Positions 38,512 through 52,869 of a stretch of 64,000 nucleotides of DNA are shown piece by piece. Numbering within the stretch: the first letter of the stretch is position 1; each line of letters starts with the position of its first letter. The DNA is taken from assembly GCF_006345805.1 (NCBI RefSeq), contig NC_042998.1, positions 48,298,001 through 48,362,000 on the forward strand. The letters run 5' to 3'. The translations under genes and the position numbers were made by a program. The notes beneath the pieces are model-generated. The model was not told the DNA's origin. It saw nothing but the letters and a program-made list of their open reading frames with translations, and did no database searches. The DNA is from Octopus sinensis. Its lineage: Eukaryota.

Positions 38512-38622
38512 AATGATAATAATAAAAACTAATAATAATAATAATATAATAATTATTATTATTATTATTATTTATTAGTATTATTATTATATTATTATTA
38601 TTATTATTATATATTATTATTC

Positions 38623-39213
38623 TATGTTTGACTTTTGCTTTATATTTGTACAAGTTGGCTCCAAGTCTCACCCAGAGACCTCAAGAGACAACAACAGGGT
38701 TGGAAGTTCATGTTGTTGTTATGCCTAGTGTGCCATATATTTGGGAGGTGGGGGTGTTGTACTAATGAATGTCTAAAAACATTTTTTTTTTTTTTTAACC
38801 GAAAATTATGTTTGTTTTAAACCTTGGGATTACATAGAAAGTATTTTGCGTAGGATATGAGCAGTTCCCATGAGCACTATCTTTTGAATTTCTGCCATTT
38901 TTGGGTTTCCTGGTATCTGAGTTAGGTAGCTATCAGCCCCTTTTGCTATCATTCCCAGGGCACATATGACAACAGGTATTGTTTTAGTCTTCAGCTTCCA
39001 CATTTTGCTGATTTCTACTTCAAGATATTTATATTTGCTCAGTTTTTGGTAGGTCTTGACAGATACGTTTATATCGATTGGGACAGTCATATCAATGAGG
39101 AGGCATGTTCTTTGTCTGAAGTCTTTCAATATGATGTCTGGCCTATTTGCATCTATCTTCCTGTCAGTTTGAATGGTGAAGTTCCAGAGGAGAGAGACGT
39201 GGTCATTTTCAAT
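38623..39213 (-). mobile_element. 5'-truncated R4/Dong family B fragment (~590 bp)
   Basis: Near-identical to 44563-45170. RPDIILKD...LIDMTVP...IQKIVLMGTAHILRKIL. (ATT)n on both flanks. Confidence 0.92.
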
Positions 39214-39229
39214 ATTATTATTATTATTA

Positions 39230-39912
39230 TTCAGTAGTTTTATTTTTATTTTTATAGCGTGCTTTCACTTCACTACCGAGCGCAGCTCTGTGTGCCTTGG
39301 GTATGTGCTGTGATTTGTTGTGATGCTCTGATGGTTATTGTATGGAAAGTGTTCTGCGTAGGATGTGTGCAGTGCCTAGTAGTGCAATTTTCTGTATACT
39401 GCTGTGAAGTATGCGTGTAAGATAGAAATGTATTCCTCACGTGTCCATTTACGTCTTTTGGGTTTTATTTGCGGGACATGAGGTACAACGTCCAGCCCAC
39501 TATTTTGACGGTCGTCATTTTCGTAGGGTACCGGTCCGTTTATTTCTGTTGTCACATTATTTCGCACGTGTAGTTTTTCGTACATTTTTTGTTGCAGGTT
39601 TAATGTACGTTCCGCTCGATTGTTATTCTTGGGTTGAATAGTATCGGTGGCATTTAATTTCTTCGTAGTTCCTTTGTACATGGTGTTTGGGGTCGGAGAT
39701 GATCGTGATGTTTCACTCATGTTTACATGTGTTGCGTTAGAGGCGGAGATGATATCGAGTCAAAATACATCATTTCGTTTCGAAAATAGTAATAAATTTC
39801 AGTTTGTATTACTTACTCGAATACAGTCCAATTCTTTGTTAGTAAAATTTTGGCTCCATAGGATGTCCTTGTTTTCGATGTTTGTGGATAGGTTTCGGAG
39901 CTCTGAATTTTC
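39230..39912 (-). mobile_element. Internally deleted R4/Dong family A derivative (5' UTR and ORF start fused to 3' end)
   Basis: ORF 39376..39720 ends KRRKWTREEYISILHAYF, then joins sequence identical to the family A 3' end (ATACAGAAAATTGCACTACTAGG...). Confidence 0.8.
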
Positions 39913-41285
<1,373 letters not shown>

Positions 41286-41613
41286 AGTGAGAGAGCAGTT
41301 CAAAGTGACACTGGGGTAAAATATACGAAGCCCAGTATACCCATCATGACTACCCGTCTGATAAGGGTACACCAGGCACATGCATCACAATCATATGTGC
41401 GCGACATGGTGATCTCATATCAAGATAAACAGCACATGACCTTGCAGGTGGGGCCCAGTTAGAATTTTCTTCAGGTTGAGTAGCCCATCACGCTCAAAAG
41501 GTCCCTGAATAAAGGTTGTTTAAGGATGTTGAAAGAAATACCCATGTTTCCAGAGGTATTTTATTCAAACCCCAAAGAATCCCTCTCAACACATGGTTAT
41601 GATGCTCCCCCAC

Positions 41614-41614
<1 letters not shown>
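41286..41614 (-). mobile_element. 5'-truncated copy of the ~555-bp AAT-flanked retroposon
   Basis: Retains the ctctcactc 3' end. (ATT)n on both sides. Confidence 0.88.
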
Positions 41615-41678
<64 letters not shown>

Positions 41679-41679
41679 T

Positions 41680-44184
41680 AGTAGTTTTATTTTTATAGCG
41701 TGCTTTCACTTCACTACCGAGCGCAGCTCTGTGTGCCTTGGGTATGTGCTGTGATTTGTTGTGATGCTCTGATGGTTATTGTATGGAAAGTGTTCTGCGT
41801 AGGATGTGTGCAGTGCCTAGTAGTGCAATTTTCTGTATGTTATATGTGTTTGTAAGTCCTGGTGTTTTTGTTATGTATTTGTCTGAATATTTTTTTATCA
41901 TGCCTAGTGCACCTACTATGATAGGAATTGTTTCTGTTTTCAGGTTCCACATTCTAGTTACCTCTATTTCCAGGTCTTTGTATTTTGAGAGTTTCCTCCA
42001 TTTCTTTTAGAGACACGTTGTCATCTGCCGGTATTGATACATCAATTAGAAAGCATTTTTTTCTTCATGATCTCTGACAACTATATCTGGTCTGTTGGCC
42101 TTAATTTCTCTATCTGTGTGTATCGGCATATCCCAGAGTATGGTTGCTTTCTCGTTTTCTGTGACCTTTTCTGGTGTGTGCCTATACCATCTTTTTTCTG
42201 TTGTTATTCCATAATGTTGGCATAGCTTCCAATGTATGTAGGTTCCAACTCTGTCATGTCTGTGAATATATTCCTTCTTAGCCAGGACTGGGCAGCTAGA
42301 GATAATATGATTTATTGTTTCTTGTCCATCTCCACATATTCTGCAGTTACTTGTAATATTTCTTTTCATTACATGTTTTTGGTAATTTCTGGTGGGGAGG
42401 CTTTGGTCTTGTGCTGCAATTAAAAATCCCTCTGTTTCTGCTTTGAGTCCTGAGCTTCTCAACCATTGCTGGGATTTTTCTTTGTCTATTTCTTTTGCGT
42501 TTAGTTTAGTGCAGTATTTACCATGAAGGGGTTTTTCTTGCCATCGTTTTATCATGGCTCGTTGCTGTTCTATTTTTAGTTTGGATTTCATTTGTTTTAT
42601 AGCTTTTGTTGTTTCTTCATCATCTTCTTCTTCTTCTTTGTGTTTATTAGGTGGTATGCTTTCTTGTTTGTATTTGTCAGCTTCCTTAAATACTGAGAAC
42701 AGTTTTTTGTTTTGCTCGTGTTTTGCTGCTATCTGGATCAGTTTTCCTTCCTTCTGAAGTAGGTATTTTTGCAGTCCTATGGTGGTTATTTTATAGTAGT
42801 TTTCCAGCTGTATAAGGCCTCTACCACCTTCTATACGTTGTATATATAGTCTTTCTATGTCAGATTTTGGTGATGCATCCTAGATCCTGTCAGTATTTTT
42901 CTTGTTTTCCTATCTATTTTGGACAGTTCATTTCGTGTCCAGTTAAGGCTATTGTAGCTGTAACTTATAACTGGGACAGCTAAAGTGTTGATACCTATTA
43001 TCTTGTTTTTAGCATTGAGCTCTGTTTTTAGTATTGATCTAACTCGTCTATAATATTCTTTTTTTAATTTCTCTTTCATTTGTGTGTGTTGTGTCTTATC
43101 TAGTTCATGGATTCCTAAGTATTTGTAAGTTTGGCTTTGGTCTAATTCTTTTATTTCATTGGTTTTATCTAGTGTGATGTTGTTACTCTTAACTAATTTT
43201 CCTCTTTTCAGGGTTACTTTGGCGCATTTTTCTAATCCAAATTTCATATCTATTTCTTTGGTAAATCCATGAACTGTCTTTAATAGTGTTTCCAGCTGTT
43301 TGTCATTTGCAGCGTATAGTTTTAGGTCATCCATATATAAAAGGTGGCTGATCGTTTTGCCGTAACATTTATATCCGCATCCAGTTCTATTTAGCATATC
43401 AGATAGAGGTGACAGTGCCAAGCAGAAAAGGAGTGGAGAGAGCGTGTCTCCTGGAATATCCTCTTCTAATGGGGATGTCTTTGGTTTTCATGAGTTCCTC
43501 TTTTGTTTGGAGGTGTAGGACTGTTTGCCATTTATTCATAGAGTGCTCTATGAATTTTATGATTGTTGGTGCTACTTTGTTAATGACTAGTGTTTCGAGG
43601 ATCCATGTGTGGGGGATGCTATCAAACGCCTTTTTGTAGTCAATCCAGGCCATACTGAGGCCTTTCTTCTTTCTGTGGCTGTCTTCAGTTACGGCTTTAT
43701 TAATCATTAGTTGATCTTTACAACCATATGAGCCCTTGCGGCATCCTTTCTGCTCTTCTGGGAACAGTTTGTTTTCGTCCAGGTGCTTGTTCAGCCTTTG
43801 CGATATCACTGCAGTAAATGCCTTGAACATAGTAGGGAGGCAGGTTATTGGTCTGTAGTTTTCTGGTTTTGTTGTTTCATTTGATTTGGGAATTAAGATG
43901 GTTTTCCCCTTCGAGAGCCATTCAGGCATTGTCTCTGGCTCTGCTAGTATGCTGTTAAAGTTTTCAGCCAGCTTTTTGTGCATTCCCGTTAGATATTTCA
44001 ACCAGAAGTTGGGGATCTTGTCATGCCCAGGTGCCTTCCAGTTGCTTAGTTTTTGCAGTGCCTGGGTGACCTCTTCAGTTGTTATGGGGGTCCAAAGTTG
44101 TTCAGATGCCGAGTTTGTTATTTTCATACTCCTTTTTTTTGGCTGTTCGTTCGCCGACCATATTTCTTTCCAGAATTCTTCCAA
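41680..44184 (-). mobile_element. 5'-truncated R4/Dong-clade non-LTR retrotransposon, family A (~2.5 kb, RT plus restriction-like endonuclease)
   Basis: YRPITCL, WIDYKKAFDS, YMDDLKLY, CRIC...HIISSC...RHD, PDIV. A few frameshifts. (ATT)n on both flanks. Confidence 0.95.
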
Positions 44185-44262
<78 letters not shown>

Positions 44263-44447
44263 TAAGGCAGTGAGCTTGCAGAATCGTTAGCGCGCCGGAC
44301 GAAATACTTAGCGGTATTTCGCCCGAGGTCAACTTTACCTTTCGTCTTTTCTGGGTCGAGAAAATAAGTACTAGTTGAACAATCGGGTCGATGTAATCGA
44401 CTCATTCCCTCCCCCAAGATTGCTGTCCTTGTGGCAAAATTTGAAGC
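44263..44447 (+). mobile_element. SINE S1 between (ATT)n runs
   Basis: S1 homology. Confidence 0.8.
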
Positions 44448-44448
44448 C

Positions 44449-44480
<32 letters not shown>

Positions 44481-44491
44481 TATTATTATTA

Positions 44492-44562
<71 letters not shown>

Positions 44563-44563
<1 letters not shown>

Positions 44564-47500
44564 TATGTTTGACTTTTGCTTTATGTCTGTACAAGTTGGC
44601 TCCAAGTCTCACCCAGAGACCTCAAGAGACAACAGGTTGGAAGTTCTGTGCCATATATTTGGGTTTTCCTTTTTTTTTCTTTCTTTTTTTTTTTTGGTGT
44701 TGTACTAGTGAATGTCTAATACATTAAAAAAAAAATTAAAAAAATAAAATTAAAAAATTTTTTTAAAAAGTTTGTTTTAAACCTTGGGATTACATAGAAA
44801 GTATTTTGCGTAGGATATGAGCAGTTCCCATGAGCACTATCTTTTGAATTTCTGCCATTTTTGGGTTTCCTGGTATCTGAGTTAGGTAGCAATCAGTCCC
44901 TTTCGCTATCATTCCCAGGGCACCTATGACAACAGGTATTGTTTTAGTCTTCAGCTTCCACATTTTGCTGATTTCTATTTCAAGATCTTTATATTTGCTC
45001 AGTTTTTGGTAGGTCTTGACAGATACGTTTATATCGATTGGGACAGTCATATCAATGAGGAGGCATGTTCTTTGTCTGAAGTCTTTCAATATAATGTCTG
45101 GCCTATTTGCATCTATCTTCCTGTCAGTTTGAATGGTGAAGTTCCAGAGGAGTGAGATGTGGTCATTTTCAAGCACAGGAGGTGGATTGTGTTCATACCA
45201 GTTTTTTTCATGGGGCAAATCCAGGTTTTTGCAAATTACCCAGTGAATATATTGTGCAGCTCTATCATGCCTACTGAGGTATTCTGTAGGCGCTAGAAGA
45301 CTGCATTTGGAGACAACATGGTCAATGGTTTCATTTTGTTGTCGGCATACACGACATGTTGGGCTACTGCCGTTCATTAATATGTTGGCCTGGTAGTTTC
45401 TTGTTGGTAGGCATTGATCTTGAGCTGCTATGATAAACCCCCTCTGTTTCAGATTTTAAGCCAGAGGCCATTAGCCATTGATGGGTCAGGGCTTTGTCTA
45501 TATCTGCATTATTCGCTCTCTTTGGGTATTTGCCATAGAGAGGTTTTTCTTGCCATTTATTATTCAGAATATCTAAGGCCGCAGTTTTGGCACGGGTTTT
45601 CATGCGCCTAGCTTTTTCTGTGCTTGTTTCTTGTATATCTATCTCTAATTCCGAAATTGGTTGTATTCGGAATTCACTTAGATATTCCTTTGCCTGTTTT
45701 GTGACTGAGTATGATGCTTTCTTGTTTTCATGTTTTGAGACAAGTTTTAACATCCAGTCCTCAGAGTTTTTCAGGTAGGTGTCTAGGCCAATTGTAGCAA
45801 TCTTCATTGTTATTGCCAGTTGCAAAAGACCACGGCCTCCCTCTTTTCTTGGCAGATAGAGTCGTTCTGTATCTGCCTTAGGGTGGTGCATTCTATGCAT
45901 TGTCAACAGTTTCCTTATTTTTCTGTCGAGCTGACATATTTCAGTAATTGACCAGTTAACAATATTGAAACTGTAAGTCACGACTGGTATGGCTAATGCA
46001 TTGATCGCTTCGATCCTGTTTCTTGCATTCAGCTCTATCTTGAGTATTGCTCTCACTCTTCGATAGCATTCTCTCCTGATCCTTTCCTTCATCTCTGAAT
46101 GCCTTATTCCGTTCCCTTCAATTACCCCCAGGTACTTGTAGCTCTCCGCTGGGTCTAGTTCTTTTATGACATTCTGTTGGTCAAGGTTAACGTTAGATGT
46201 TTATGTCATTTTTCCTTTGATAAAGGTAGCCTTTGCACATTTATCGAGCCCGAATTGCATTCTGATGTCGTCACTGAATTGTTTGACTATCGCTAGTAAG
46301 CCCTTGAGTTGTTGGTCATTTTTCGCAAAAAGCTTTAAATCATTCATATAAACGAGATGATTTATATTTTTATCAAACATTTTATACCCGTACTGCGCGT
46401 CATTGAGCAGCTTTGAGAGAGGTATTAAGGATAAACAAAAGAGGAGTGGTGACAGTGAGTCACCCTGGAAAATGCCACACGAAATTTTTACATCACCAGC
46501 ATTTAGGGATTCATTGTCACTGTTCAGAGTTAGTGTGGTTCTCTATGATCTCATACTTACAGTCAAGAAGTTTCGCAGAGTAGGTGCTATCTTATACATT
46601 TCCAGGCATTTCCTAATCCAGCTATGTGGTAAGCTATCAAAAGCCTTTTTATAGTCTATCCAGGCTATTGATAAGTTTTTGTGTCGTTTGTGACAATCTT
46701 CTAAGATCATCTTATTGATGAGTAGTTGGTCTTTACAGCCGTAGGATCCACGTTTACATCCTTTCTGTTCTTTAGGGAATATGCTGCTGTCTGTTAAAAA
46801 ACTATAGGTATATTCCGTCAGGACAGATGTTAGTGTTTTGTACATAGTTGTTAAGCAGGTTATGGGTCTATAGTTTTTTGGTTCATTTGTTTCTTCACTT
46901 TTTGGAAGCAGGAATGTTAACCCATTAACTAGCCAAGGAGGCATCCTACTAGGGTGTTGCAAAACATCATTGTACAGTTCTGTTAGCAGTTCATGGCTCT
47001 CTGGGAAGGCATTCAGCCAGAAGTTAGGAATTTTATCCTTTCCTGGAGACTTCCATTTACTTGACCTCCTGAGAGCAGATCTTATATCTTCTACCTTGAC
47101 ACCCTCCCACTTTTGCTCTTCTAAGGGGTCCAGTTCTGTAGTTATTCTGTCAATCCAGGGGGCCTTTTCGTTGTGTGTGTTTTCTTCTTCTTCTTTTGAT
47201 GGTACAGACCTTGCAGTAAACGCTGTTTTTCCTATCTTCCTGTAAAAATTCTTGGTGTTATTTTTGAACATGTTGTTGTCCTTGAAAAATCTAACACGCT
47301 TTTCATACCTCGCTATGCGGGCATCTTTGGCAGATACCTTTTGCTTGATGGTTTCTATGGTGGCATCAATATCAAGTATAGTTTTCATATTGTATTTTTT
47401 CAGTAATTTTTGGGTTTTTGTAGGTTTGGTAGTCTTGTCAGCCTTAAGGTTTTTCAAATATTCAATGTCAGATCTAAATATTTTAATTTGTTGTTGCAGA

Positions 47501-47616
47501 CGCTCTTGCCAAGAAGGCTTTTTGTGGGAATGTTGCCGTTTTCTAATCTTTACACCACATAGGATCGTTGAGATTTTCGCGGATGCATAGTATAGGTGGT
47601 TGAGGTTTGTGATATC
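44563..47616 (-). mobile_element. 5'-truncated R4/Dong-clade non-LTR retrotransposon, family B (~3.05 kb)
   Basis: ORFs 46543..47457, 45364..46092 and 44790..45377 carry RT motifs (YMNDLKLF on the minus strand near 46350) and the CCHC/RHD/PD..D endonuclease. (ATT)n on both flanks. Confidence 0.95.
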
Positions 47617-47638
47617 AACATCAACATTATTATTATTA

Positions 47639-47717
<79 letters not shown>

Positions 47718-47930
47718 TAAGGTGGTGAGCCTGGCAGAATCATTAGCACATCAGGCAAAATGGCTAGTGGCATTTCGTTCTTCTTTACATTCTGAGTTCA
47801 AATTCTACCCAGGTTGAATTTCACCCTTTCGGGGTCGATAAATTAAGAACCGGTCGAGCACTGAATTCGATGTAAATGACTTATCCCCCACCAAAAAAAA
47901 AACTTTCAGGCCTTGTGCCTATATTAGAAA
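47718..47930 (+). mobile_element. SINE S1
   Basis: S1 homology. Confidence 0.8.
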
Positions 47931-47943
47931 GGATTGTTATTAA

Positions 47944-48012
<69 letters not shown>

Positions 48013-48016
48013 CATT

Positions 48017-48367
48017 GAGTGAGAGAGCAGTGCATGCCATCAAAGTAACACTGGGGTAAAATATACGAAGCCCAGTATACCCATCATGACTACCCGTCTG
48101 ATAAGGGTATACTAGGCACATGCCCTACAAATATATGTGCTCGACATGGTGATCTCATATCAAGATAAACAGCACATGACCTTACAGGAGGGGCCCAGTT
48201 AGAATTTTCTTCTGGTCGAGTAGCTCATCCCGGTCAAAAGTTCCTTGAATAAGGGTTGCTTAAGGATGTTGAATGAAACACCCATGTTTCCAGAGGTGAA
48301 TTATTCAAACCCCAAAGAATCCCTCTCAACTTCTCCCCCACTACTTCTGCTCGTGATCACGGATGCA
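48017..48367 (-). mobile_element. 5'-truncated copy of the ~555-bp AAT-flanked retroposon
   Basis: Retains the 3' end next to (ATT)n. Confidence 0.85.
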
Positions 48368-48381
48368 CAAAATTATGCTTT

Positions 48382-48461
48382 TGTAAAATCATCGACAATT
48401 TGCCAATAGAAATGGACATAGGCGTATTTAGAAAATACTGATTATATTATTGTTATTATTA

Positions 48462-48544
<83 letters not shown>

Positions 48545-48619
48545 GTTATTGTTGTTGTTGTTGTTGTTACTATTATTATTATTACTATTATTATTATTAT
48601 TATTATTATTATATTATTA

Positions 48620-48662
<43 letters not shown>

Positions 48663-48887
48663 GCAGAATTGTTAGTGCCTTCGGACAAAATTCTTAGTGG
48701 AATTTCTTCAAGCTTTTTACATTCTGAATTTAAAATCTGCCAAGGCCAACTTTTCCTTTCATTGTTTCGGAGTCGATGAATTAATGTACGTTGAGGAAAT
48801 AACGTACCAGTCAAATGTTAACGCCGATAATAGTGACTATATTCTCCCCTCTCTCTCAAAATTGCTGCGTTTTGCCAAAATTTGAAA

Positions 48888-48926
<39 letters not shown>

Positions 48927-48937
48927 CATTATTATTA

Positions 48938-48986
<49 letters not shown>

Positions 48987-49039
48987 TACATTATTTTATT
49001 ATTATTATTACTACTATTATTATTATTATTATATTACTA

Positions 49040-49074
<35 letters not shown>

Positions 49075-49350
49075 TATTATTATTATTATTATTAGTGATT
49101 TGAGAAATACAAATTTCTTATCTTAAAATTAGGTTAGGTAGCTCTTGGAGAACGTGCCAAAAAAAGAAAGAAAAAAATATCTAAAGTTAAGAGATTTTCG
49201 AGTTAAGTAAAATTACCAAGATTAGCAAAAATAGCTCTGGTTAGCAATTTCTGTGTGAGAAAGTATTGATAATATTTACAAATGTTAGCATCAGTATTTT
49301 CTAAATACTCCTGTGTCTGTTTTTATTGGCAAATTGTCGATGCTTTTACA
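48382..49350. mobile_element. Probable old TIR element (61-bp inverted arms, 55/61 identical) containing (ATT)n and a SINE S1 (48662-48890)
   Basis: 48382-48442 versus the reverse complement of 49290-49350. Confidence 0.55.
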
Positions 49351-49545
49351 GAAATTATTGGGTATCATTCCATTTATGCCAGTTAGAAAACATTCTTTAA
49401 ATGCCATAACATTTTAATTCAGCATGTAAATCGATGCGTTTCCAAAATTCTTCATCTCTTCAGCACATTACACACACGCACACAAATTAATATAGACAGC
49501 ATTGTGCAATGTTTGACAAAAAGGAAAACTATAATTGTCACTAAA

Positions 49546-49629
49546 TATGACTAGGGTGTTAGAAAAACCTACGTTACTAGAAAAAAGAGTTCTTATTTCT
49601 ACCATGCAGATGTTTCTAACACCTTAGTC

Positions 49630-49632
<3 letters not shown>
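49546..49632. mobile_element. 87-bp hairpin/mini-MITE with TA flanks
   Basis: TA|TGACTAGGGTGTTAGAAA...TTTCTAACACCTTAGTCA|TA. Confidence 0.55.
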
Positions 49633-49664
<32 letters not shown>

Positions 49665-49672
49665 ATATATTA

Positions 49673-49722
<50 letters not shown>

Positions 49723-49929
49723 ATATATATATATAGTTGACTCTATGTTGACTGGTGATACAGTATGGACAGATTTTCGAAATCCAATGAACCTTTATAC
49801 AGTTATACAGTTACGAAATTTTACAAATACATTTCCTCAGGGATATATGATATACCTATTATAATGGGTAATACTACATGTACTTTTAATATTTTTATAG
49901 TGTGATGTAACTCTTTGGAATAACAATGT

Positions 49930-50024
49930 TTGTGGCTGAAGAGAGCTTTAAGCATATCTTATATCAATTATACACTGATGTAAGAAAGGGGTCGTTTATA
50001 AAGCTTGAAACACGTGTACCGCAA
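49930..50024 (+). ncRNA. Type I hammerhead ribozyme with complete canonical core
   Basis: Stem I TTGTGG/CCGCAA, CTGAAGA, stem II GAGCTTTA/TAAAGCTT, GAAA, helix III AC/GT around the palindrome ACACGTGT, GUA cleavage triplet at 50016-50018. Confidence 0.78.
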
Positions 50025-50084
50025 TATCCTTTGTGTTCTGTTTTTGATTTTATTTGATATATATATATATATATATATATCGTC

Positions 50085-50373
50085 ACCCATTTCGAGCCTA
50101 AGCAGGCTCATGGACCCGGTTTCCCGGTTTCTGTGACGTATGTGTCCCCACTCAACTGGACGGGTCGCCAGTCCATCGCAGCGTTACTCAAGAAACAGGA
50201 AGAGATAGTGAGAGAAAGTTGTGGCAAAAGAGTACAACAGGGGGTCGCCACCACCCCCTGCCGGAGCCTCGTGGAGCTCTTAGGTGTCTTTGCTCAATAA
50301 TCACACACAACACCCGGTCTGAGAATCGAAACCGCGAGTCCGCTGCCCTAACCACTAGGCCATTGCGCCTCCA
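50085..50373 (-). mobile_element. SINE S4
   Basis: Homologous to 24368-24632. Confidence 0.8.
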
Positions 50374-51002
50374 CATATGTGTGTCCCCGCTACCGAAACG
50401 GTAATTATTTCTACGCCAGCTATGTTGTTGTTGTTGTTTTTGTCTCATTTGGTCTAAAGTCGTATGGCAACCACCGTTATATATATTTTGTTTATTCATT
50501 ACTGTTTTCAATTTCGTTTTCGTCTCTTGTATTCACATCCGTCTTGTGCGTTCACATTCCTGTCTTCTACCAAGAAATCTAATGCTTACAGCTTAGTTTT
50601 TTTTCTTGGGGCTGGCCGAGTTGGAGCAAATATCAGAATTGAACAGCCGAAATTTGCTATGATGATTCGGTGTCTGACTGAAGATTGAAGGCTTCGAATG
50701 ATTTGTCTGTGTCCGTGTTCGTCCCTTCCTGTATTTCACGTTCATTATATAAAAACATTCATTTACTATATATATATATATATAATATATATATTATATA
50801 TATATTATAATATATATAGGGTATATATATATATGTATATATATGTATATATATATATATATGTATATATACATACATACACTATATATATATATATATA
50901 GATATATATGTATGTATGTATATATACATATATATATATATATACATATATATATACATATATATAATATACATATATTATATATATATATATCTATATA
51001 TA

Positions 51003-51037
<35 letters not shown>

Positions 51038-51146
51038 GAATGTTTTTATATATAATGAACGTGAAATACAGGAAGGGACGAACACGGAACACAGACAAAT
51101 CATTCGAAGCCTTCAATCTTCAGTCAGACACCGAATCATCATAGCA

Positions 51147-52760
51147 AATTCGGCTACACACATACACACACACATCCCACATACTCCTATACGCACATAC
51201 ATACACACAGACATACACACATACACACTCACACAACATACACACACACTACTTACACACACACTCACCTGCACGCGCACACACATGCATGACAAACACC
51301 CATACACTCACACTCACATACGCACACAAACCAACATAAACACGCACACGCACACACACACCTACACTCCACACACATACACACGCACCTACATACACAC
51401 ACGCACTCATACACACGCATACACACATACATTACACACGTACACACACACCTACATAACACATGCATACACACACACACACAAACATGCACGGACACAC
51501 CCAGACATACACACATACACCTATATACACACGCCCACACACCTACACATACACACACATATACACACGCCCACACACCTACATACACACACATACATAC
51601 ACACACATACACGGACACACCCATACATACTTACATACATACACCTATACACACACACAACACGCCTACACACCTACATACACACACATGCATACACCAC
51701 ACACACATGTACGCACATACACACACATATACTTACATACATATATACCCCCACACATGCACACACACACACCATACGCACATGCATGCATGCATGCACA
51801 CGCGCACACCTACACACGCATACACACACACACACGCACGTACACATACATACATACACACACGCATACATACACCCATACACATACATGCATCCTACAC
51901 ACACATACATACACACTCACACATACATACACACACACAACACTCACTCACACACCTGTATGTACGCGCACACCACATGCACATACACACACTTCCCCCC
52001 ACCCACACGTACATACATACACACTCACACACATACACACACACACACACACCACGACATACATCTATGCACACACATACATACACACATACTCACATAC
52101 ATTCATCGGACACACTGCCACCCAGACATACACACAGACACACCACACATCCACACACATACATACTTACGCGCGCATACTCGCAGGCGCGCGCACACAC
52201 GCGCTTGCGCCGGTTCGCGCACGCATACGCGCCGCAGGCACCTCGCTCTTGGACCCGACGAGACCTCCCGCCCGTTCCTGGGACCGTCGCGTGTCGTTGG
52301 GTTTTTGCCACGCCCGTCTCCGCGGGACCACTCTTCCATCTTCCCCTCAGCTGGAGTCCTTTTTCCTTAACCCCCCCCTTTTTCGTTACACACACGCGCA
52401 CACATATACACACATTGCTTAAAATAACATTACTCTTACACACATTCAATCTACTCTACGCCATTAATACCACCACGACACTGGACACACACACCACTAC
52501 TACTCAACACACACACTACTACTCAACACACGCTGGCACGCTACATACGCCCCCACCCCTTCCCCTCCCTCCCTTCCTCCTTCCTTCTTTTTCTTACTAC
52601 TGACCTTGTCTGCTAGCTGACCACTATCTCGCCCTACCTCACCACGCCCTACAACAGACGCACACACTAACACACACATATATTTTTTTGTTTTTTCATC
52701 TCGCTTCACACACCACACATACACACACGCACACGCACACACTCACACATACACACACAT
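51147..52760. repeat. Highly degenerate (CA)/(CATA) tract with a GC-rich island, possibly low-quality sequence
   Basis: Irregular CA-rich sequence with almost no perfect runs. Confidence 0.75.
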
Positions 52761-52869
52761 CTGTTGCGTTACCAACCTTATCTCCACTCTTTTGCCTTTA
52801 AAAACCCACTTTGCTCTGTTATCGTAAACATCCGCCTTTCACACCATGTGCCACTCGTAAACACCAGTC

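Noticed and set aside
51036-52422. 444-aa and 319-aa His/Thr-rich ORFs
   Set aside because: Translations of degenerate CA repeats, which lack stops by composition. The region may be an assembly artefact.
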